From NCBI GenBank assembly GCA_964626665.1, contig CAZVGK010000006.1, positions 51,393 through 115,392 on the forward strand: DNA of 64,000 nt. The letters run 5' to 3'. The stretch is from an uncultured Gemmatimonadota bacterium. GTDB taxonomy: Bacteria; SM23-81; DAOVCL01. Of this stretch, positions 58,081 to 64,000 are shown piece after piece. The notes beneath the pieces are model-generated. The model worked only from the letters and a program-made list of their open reading frames with translations. It was not told where the DNA came from and searched no databases. The number at the start of each line of letters is the position of its first letter. Position 1 is the first letter of the stretch. The position numbers and the translations under genes are program-made.

Positions 58081-58654
58081 CTTACCTCCTTTTAAGGGTT
58101 TAATCTAAATAACGGATTTTTGGACATTAAGGTTTCAGAAGAAAAAGGCAATTAAGAATTAAGAATGAAGTTTAGCCACAGATTACACTGATAGAACACG
58201 AATGACACGAATAGACGAATCTACACGAATGGATAAGAAAACGTTCCTATTCACCATGAGCTCTCTTGTTGAGGTGGCAGAATCGGGGTTCTGCCACCTG
58301 GGCTTGGTTCATTTTTAATTCTGCATTTTACATTTGAAGCTTCGCTGAAGTACCTGACCCCTGATCTCCGTGGACTGTAACGAGCCCTCTTAAATTAACA
58401 ATTCTGGGAGGAAATGCAACCCTTTTTTGAGGAAAATGGCTGATGACCTCACATAGTAACCCACTGGGAGTTACCTGAGGTTCGACTGACATTGGTGATA
58501 ATATCCCTCGGATTTACATTTTATCTTTGACTTACCTGGCTGCTTCATTATACTATGGCGAAAAACAATTAACCCAGATTTTTCATTGGGTCAGAGTTCG
58601 TAGGGTTCATACCCAGGGCACTAAGTTCATACTTTTGCCAGAAATGGGAAAACT

Positions 58655-60061
58655 ATGAGAACCATTTTTAAGATCCCCTTTATCTTCTTTGCCTTAGCCC
58701 TAATGGGAATCGGCTGTGAGAGGGCTTATCAATTTAGAGACGGCAAGATCTCTGGTATCCATACAATTCAAGAGTTAGACAGGGCAGCGGTGTGCAATTT
58801 TGTCATAATGAGCGATAATAAGGGCGATTCTCCCAAAAGCAGTAAAAGATTTGCCCATATGGTCAAATGGATTGAGGAAAGTGATGATCAATTTGTTATT
58901 GGTCTGGGCGACCATGTTAAAAAAGGTTGGGAGAATAGCTTCCTCACCTTTTTACGAGAAAACAGATGGTGGTACCAAAATTTCTACCCAAATGTGGCAG
59001 ATGGTGAGAATGAGTTCTGGGGTAAAGGTCAGGCGGATTGGGGAGCTGGCGCACCGATTCTGGAGGAAGTTGATCTTTCTACCCATCCCAATGTGATAGT
59101 CAGGGGAAACAGATGTGAGTACTATGCAAAGATTGGAGTAGAGGATTACACTGTTCACCTGATTCAATTGCACTATTCTGATCAGCCCGATGAGGACAGT
59201 ATCGCTTTTACCCAGTCATCTAAACGATACCTGATGGACGTTCTCGAATCAATTGATAAAGGTCTGAAAGACATTATTATTGCCGCGGCCCATTCGAGGA
59301 CCGGATTCTGGATTGATCAACTTTCCCCTGAGCAACGAGCTGTGGTTATGGACAAATGTGATTTGGTGCTCTCTGCTACCAACCATTTTTGGGAGAGAAA
59401 GGTAATTCCGGGATATGAAGATAGCGGACCTTTATTTGTCAACACGGGCTCAATTACCTATCCTGCTCGTTACTGTCCATACGGATATGTCCAGATCCAT
59501 GTCCTCAGGAAGCCACTAAGTTTAGTGGTTCAGTATATAAATGCCGACCGGTCTGAAAGGGAGATGCAGTCCAGTGATTATGCCTTTATAAAGGTCATTG
59601 GCGGAGAGATCCTAAAGACGGATTTCCGAAAACTAAGACCTGAAGAGGATGTAAATCGAGTAATTGGGTATCTGCCAAGGGGTTTTTCGAAAGACGAGAT
59701 GGACAAGTTGGTAAAGGAGTTATATCTCAGGCTCACCCATGCTGATGAGGCCTATATCAAAGCTGGTTCAGGGATGGATAAAGGTGAGGTGACCTATCGC
59801 CAATTATGGGATGTATTCCCTTACAATAACGAGATATACTCGTTGACCCTAAAAGCAAAAGAGGTTCGCTCAATCTTCGGAGCCAAACTGCCAATGAAAG
59901 GACGCAGGAAGATAAAGTTGGCCGTCAGCAATTATTACGGCAATTACCTGATTAAAAAGCTCAAGCTCCCCAAGGAGCGGGTGGTAAAAACCGGTAAGAA
60001 AGAGATCCCTTTGCTTAAGAAGTGGGTCACCCGCCAGGGCAGAGGTAAGGGCAAAGGGTGA
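58655..60061 (+). CDS. Lipoprotein with a calcineurin-like phosphoesterase domain and a 5'-nucleotidase C-terminal-like domain
   Basis: Lipobox GIGC; SDNKG, GLGDH, GENE, AAH; GEVTYRQLWDVFPYNN; TTGACT-N16-TATACT at 58527-58554. Confidence 0.7.
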   Translation: MRTIFKIPFIFFALALMGIGCERAYQFRDGKISGIHTIQELDRAAVCNFVIMSDNKGDSPKSSKRFAHMVKWIEESDDQFVIGLGDHVKKGWENSFLTFLRENRWWYQNFYPNVADGENEFWGKGQADWGAGAPILEEVDLSTHPNVIVRGNRCEYYAKIGVEDYTVHLIQLHYSDQPDEDSIAFTQSSKRYLMDVLESIDKGLKDIIIAAAHSRTGFWIDQLSPEQRAVVMDKCDLVLSATNHFWERKVIPGYEDSGPLFVNTGSITYPARYCPYGYVQIHVLRKPLSLVVQYINADRSEREMQSSDYAFIKVIGGEILKTDFRKLRPEEDVNRVIGYLPRGFSKDEMDKLVKELYLRLTHADEAYIKAGSGMDKGEVTYRQLWDVFPYNNEIYSLTLKAKEVRSIFGAKLPMKGRRKIKLAVSNYYGNYLIKKLKLPKERVVKTGKKEIPLLKKWVTRQGRGKGKG

Positions 60062-60852
60062 GCTCGGTGTTGTCTATCTCGGATTATTCATAAACTTTAG
60101 CCACGAAGGCACTAAGTGGTCCGTTTCATAAGTTCTGTTACGTATCATTGGAGACAGTTAACCTACATAACTTTTAGCCAACTTAGGGTTAAGCAAATCC
60201 GAAATTCTAAATCCAAATGACCGAAACAGGACTTGTTTTGCACATTTGAATTTTGGTCATTCCTGCCTGTGCGGATCACGCAGACAGGTGGTATTGTTTC
60301 GTATTTCGAGTTTCGTGCTTCGGGTTTTAACTCATGTCTACCATTTACATCGTTAACCTTGCCAACTTCTCAAAATATGTCACCGTAATTATGAAATAAA
60401 GCACTAAGTCACCAAGGATATGAAAAATTCGAGCTAACCCGGATTATGCATCAGGGGCCACGAGATTTTACGGAATTGTTACAAGCTATTCAAGATAAGG
60501 AACTTACAAAAATAGAGTTTACCTCCATCTTTATCTGAGAGCGGGAAGTCTTTATTCTTGAAAATTCCTGTAGAATCTGTGGAAATCTGCGTTTATTCGC
60601 GGTTATGGATATTTTGGGCTAATGAAATAAATTCCGAGGATTGCTGAAATAAGGAAAATATGATTATCATTCACCGCAAGTGGAAAGATAAAAGGCATCT
60701 CCTGATGCCGATAATAGGGATCTGGAAACCTCTCTCCCAGTTCAGGGGAGGGCTGGCTTGAAGGTTATGATTCAAATGTGGATTGCAATAGGGAATTTAA
60801 TCCCCAGGAGGCTCGCTATCCATAGAGGTTTTATCTCGCAAAAAGGCTGGAG

Positions 60853-62040
60853 ATGGGTCTCCTGACCTGGATAGGATTTTTCCTTTCCCTGTTTACGCTT
60901 CTTCTCGTTTCGAGGAGAAGCCTCCCTTTAGCCCTCTTTGCTGGAGGGATTATTTTAGGGGTTTTTACTCTGCCCCTCTCCGAGGTGGGGGGGAAGATCT
61001 TAGATACACTGAGCGACCCCTCCATTGACCTGCTAGCCCTGGCTATGGGGGTAATTCCTCTGATTGGGGGGGCGATGAAGGAAAGCGGGCAGATAGACGA
61101 CCTGGTTAACAACCTGAGGATCGGGAAGAAGGCGCTATTGGCCCTTTCTCCAGCGATGATGGGGCTCCTTCCTATGCCTGGGGGAGCTCTCCTCTCCGCT
61201 CCCCTTTTAGAGAAGGGGGGGAAAGATGTAGATGGAAAGATAAAGGTGGCCATAAATGTCTGGTTCCGTCACCTGCTTATCCTTATCTATCCCCTCAGCC
61301 CAGCTCTCATCGCTTCGGCCAAGATTGCCAGCTTAGGTGTCTACCAGATCATCCTTTATCTTCTGCCAGGATTTGGCTTAGCTCTTTTGCTGGGATATGT
61401 TTTCCTTCTGAGAAGGGTAAAGGGGGTGATTTCCTATACAGATAGCTTCTCCTGGCGGAGGTTGCTTCCTCCGCTGGGGATCGTGCTGGTCGCCCCTGGC
61501 TTGGACTTCAGCCTGCAGAGGGTATTTGCCCTTCCGGTGAAGGAGATGGCCACCCTAATCGCCGTCCTCACCAGCCTCTTTCTGGCCCTGACCTTTGGTC
61601 GGTTCAGGCTGGATATGAGGGAGATTTGCCGCCAGATGAAACCTTGGAACTTCACCCTGATTATCCTGGGGATGTTCATCTTCCTCCACATCTTTGAGGC
61701 CTCAGACGCAGTGGATTTGATAGCCTCTATTCCCCTACACCCTCTTACCCTCTCTGTCCTGGGTGGGTTTTTGTTGGGGTTGGCAACGGGAAGGGTGCAG
61801 TTGCCCGCATCTATTGTTTTGCCTGTTTACTTGGCTACAGCAAGTTTTATCTCCCCAATCCTCTTTTCCTTAATATACATCAGCATCTTCTTTGGCTATG
61901 TTCTCTCCCCTGTCCATCCCTGTGTCTCCGTTTCCTGTGAATATTTTGGGGTGCAGGTTAAGGATTTCCTCCGGGAGCTGATTTTACCTGTGTTTATCAT
62001 CTTTGGCATTACTTTGGCGCTCTCCTTTCTCCTTGCTTGA
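60853..62040 (+). CDS. DUF401 family membrane protein
   Basis: GLLPMPGGALLSAP, NVWFRH, LSPVHPC. Confidence 0.85.
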   Translation: MGLLTWIGFFLSLFTLLLVSRRSLPLALFAGGIILGVFTLPLSEVGGKILDTLSDPSIDLLALAMGVIPLIGGAMKESGQIDDLVNNLRIGKKALLALSPAMMGLLPMPGGALLSAPLLEKGGKDVDGKIKVAINVWFRHLLILIYPLSPALIASAKIASLGVYQIILYLLPGFGLALLLGYVFLLRRVKGVISYTDSFSWRRLLPPLGIVLVAPGLDFSLQRVFALPVKEMATLIAVLTSLFLALTFGRFRLDMREICRQMKPWNFTLIILGMFIFLHIFEASDAVDLIASIPLHPLTLSVLGGFLLGLATGRVQLPASIVLPVYLATASFISPILFSLIYISIFFGYVLSPVHPCVSVSCEYFGVQVKDFLRELILPVFIIFGITLALSFLLA

Positions 62041-62404
62041 AGGGACTATGGCTTAAATGACAATTGGAACCAATGGAATCATAACAGTACTCCATGGGGG
62101 TCAGGAAACAGGGATTAGGATAAAGAATTAAGATAAACCAAAGGAAATTGGGTGAAAATATGTGGGAGGTATCTCCTGATGCCGATTATTGTTGAAAGTG
62201 GATAGTTACAAGGAATTGAAAGGAATGGAAGGGAAAGCTTTTCAAATCCTTTCAATTCATTGTAAAAGGAGAGGAAAGTTGCAACAGTTTCCAGAGGTCA
62301 GGAATTCTTTCATTCTTAATTTTACATTTGAAGCTTCGCTGAAATACCTGACTGCTGATCCCTGGCTCCCGTAAACTGTTATCCTGAATCTATGGAAGGA
62401 GAAT

Positions 62405-63133
62405 ATGATGGGAGGGTGTGCCATAGTCACTGGTGGATCTGGGGGGATTGGGGAGGCCATCAGTCTAAGGCTGGCCGAGGCCGGCTTCGATGTCTGCATC
62501 AATTACCATAACTCCCCGGAGCGGGCAGAAAGGGTAAAGAAGGGGGTGGAGGGGTTGGGGAGGAGAGCTATAACCTTTAGGGCGGATGTTTCTAAATTCT
62601 CAGAGGTGGGGGAGATGGTGCAGGAGACAGCAGATGCTTTTGATGGGATAGATGTTTTGGTGAACAATGCGGGGATACTTTCCCAGCAAACGGTAACAGA
62701 GGATCTTGATGAGGCAGAATGGGATAGGGTATTGGCGGTAAACTTGAAGGGCCCTTTTCTTTGTGCACGGTTTGCTATTCCCTACCTAAAAAAGGCCCAT
62801 CAGGCCAGCATCGTGAATATTTCCTCGATTGCTGGCAAGATGGGAGGTGTGGTAGGGGTTCATTATGCCGCCTCCAAGGCTGGGCTCATCGGGCTCACTA
62901 TGGCCTTAGCCAGTGAGCTGGCCCCTTACGACATCACCTGTAATGCAGTGGCCCCTGGGCCGGTGGATACCGCGCTCATAGATGCCCAGCTTAAGGAGAG
63001 GCTGAAAGGGCTCACCCCTTTAAAGCGGATAGCCAGGCCCGAGGAGATTGCCTCCTCTGTCCTCTTTCTCATTGAAAACCGCTACATCACCGGGGAGACC
63101 ATAGATGTAAATGGGGGAAGGTATATGGATTGA
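62405..63133 (+). CDS. SDR family oxidoreductase (FabG-like)
   Basis: TGGSGGIG, NNAG, YAASK, PG. Confidence 0.92.
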   Translation: MMGGCAIVTGGSGGIGEAISLRLAEAGFDVCINYHNSPERAERVKKGVEGLGRRAITFRADVSKFSEVGEMVQETADAFDGIDVLVNNAGILSQQTVTEDLDEAEWDRVLAVNLKGPFLCARFAIPYLKKAHQASIVNISSIAGKMGGVVGVHYAASKAGLIGLTMALASELAPYDITCNAVAPGPVDTALIDAQLKERLKGLTPLKRIARPEEIASSVLFLIENRYITGETIDVNGGRYMD

Positions 63134-63329
63134 TCTTTATCCTTGGGGGTTTCTTGGTCATAAAGTGGCAAATTTTAACTTGACGATACAGTCCTTTTTG
63201 ATTATACTGTAAAGGATGGGGTATCTGCCCAAACTTCTTAGGTCGCCTGACTACAGTTAGCCGATGGAAGCGCCGAAGTGATTGGTTTGGGCTATTAGTA
63301 AACCAAACACAATAGTCGGAGGGAGCGCT

Positions 63330-63653
63330 GTGGACTATACTTTCGAGGAGCTTAAAGAAAAGACGGTGGCCCAACTTCGGGAGATCGCCGAGAAGATCGA
63401 TCACGAGGCCCTGCATGGTTACAAGACGATGCACAAGGAGCAGTTGCAGTTGGCTCTGTGCCAGGCCTTGGGGATTGAGGCCAAGGTTCATCATGAGGTC
63501 GTGGGCATCGACAGGGGGAAGATCAAGGCGCAGATCCGTGAGCTGAAAACAGAGCGAGATGCTGCCCGGGGAGCACATGACCGCAAACGGCTAAAGATGA
63601 TTAGACGCCAGATACACCGTTTAAAGCGGAGCATCAAGAAGGCAGCAGTTTAA
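63330..63653 (+). CDS. Small protein with a Rho-termination-factor N-terminal-like domain
   Basis: ELKEKTVAQLREIA..MHKEQL; RBS GGAGGG; promoter TTGACG-N17-TATACT at 63180-63208. Confidence 0.75.
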   Translation: MDYTFEELKEKTVAQLREIAEKIDHEALHGYKTMHKEQLQLALCQALGIEAKVHHEVVGIDRGKIKAQIRELKTERDAARGAHDRKRLKMIRRQIHRLKRSIKKAAV

Positions 63654-63711
63654 AATTGATTTAGGATACTCTGTTTCGGAAGGGGGCTTCCCCTAAGGAG
63701 GGCTGAAGTCA

Positions 63712-63918
63712 GCTTTGGTCATCGAGCAGGAGATAGGTGAGTATCAATCAGATATGGTTGTTGAGAGCAAGATAATTCTGGAGTTAAAGGCCGTCTTCGA
63801 GTAAAATAGGATCTTTGAAAGACACATTCTTTCATACTTAAAGGCTACTGGGATGAAGTTGGGGATATTGCTCAACTTCGGAGACAAGAAGGTGGGATAC
63901 AAGAGAATTGTAAATTAG
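63712..63918 (+). pseudogene. GxxExxY-family protein C-terminal remnant
   Basis: IGEYQSDMVVESKIILELKAVFE*NRIFERHILSYLKATGMKLGILLNFG..KRIVN*; in-frame TAA at 63802-63804 and no 5' half. Confidence 0.8.
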
Positions 63919-64000
63919 GATTCGTGCTATTTGCATATTCGTGGGATATGAATATAAAGATTTCTCTTGACTTTCAAGCAATCTGTCTTATATTGGGACA

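Larger units (their letters stand above)
6354..58299. repeat. Dispersed REP-like palindrome family (G)TGGCAGAA-N5/6-TTCTGCCA(C), about 15 copies
   Basis: Copies near 6354, 6537, 15040, 16099, 17463, 17775, 18562, 20911, 22238, 22405, 28605, 46218, 47759, 54070 and 58272, all intergenic. Confidence 0.9.
4796..62192. repeat. Dispersed GTGGGAGGCATCTCCTGATGCCGAT repeat family
   Basis: Copies near 4796 (-), 51435 (-), 60693 and 62161. Confidence 0.8.

Noticed and set aside
6354-58299. Palindromic repeats as a CRISPR array
   Set aside because: Copies are dispersed, irregularly spaced and variable; there are no uniform spacers and no cas genes.
63213-63275. Fluoride riboswitch (GATGGGGT)
   Set aside because: The 3' GCTGATGAC..CTAC half is absent.
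689-63578. Numerous short antisense or overlapping ORFs, and ORFs inside repeat mosaics (e.g. those encoding AEFCH/WQNPSSA)
   Set aside because: They are shadows of real genes or translations of the palindromic repeats, with no family motifs.
1-64000. tRNA, rRNA, tmRNA, SRP RNA, transposase or integrase genes
   Set aside because: No recognisable signatures were found by eye; a covariance or HMM scan would be needed to exclude them fully.

Overview
A 64 kb bacterial chromosomal segment of roughly 50% GC, judged by eye. It probably comes from an uncultured diderm lineage; this is inferred from a GWxTD-type protein, a barrel-fused SppA and lipoproteins. Positions 1-15 kb hold a co-oriented signalling cluster: a TPR protein, two GAF histidine kinases, HDOD, REC-GGDEF, REC, REC-GAF-HD-GYP, a sigma54 activator, a ZU5-like lipoprotein behind a sigma54 promoter, and a TPR-HD-GYP protein. 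Positions 15-22.8 kb are an AT-richer accessory region with two toxin-antitoxin pairs, a thermonuclease, SH3b proteins, a nuclease-like ORF, one attC-like site, duplicated sigma28-type promoter/leaders and several direct and inverted repeats. The rest carries a SpoIVB-like peptidase with a beta-propeller partner, a radical SAM protein, a SatD module, a GIY-YIG ORF, purL/purQ, a fused restriction-modification enzyme, TPR-GWxTD, an SSS symporter, a TM0106 nuclease, an ABC exporter, an S9 peptidase, an MBL hydrolase, SppA, a phosphoesterase, DUF401, an SDR and a GxxExxY remnant. Most long intergenic regions are mosaics of short palindromic or periodic repeat elements. I found no rRNA, tRNA, CRISPR array, integrase or transposase. 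The strongest candidate for an undescribed system is the sigma54-driven lipoprotein ending in a ZU5-type HF|S autoproteolysis motif (7-residue tail SRYALAD), encoded next to a TPR-HD-GYP phosphodiesterase. Other candidates are a two-copy ~180 nt covarying structured element and gene cassettes bracketed by repeats. All family calls are by motif recognition; no database search was run.
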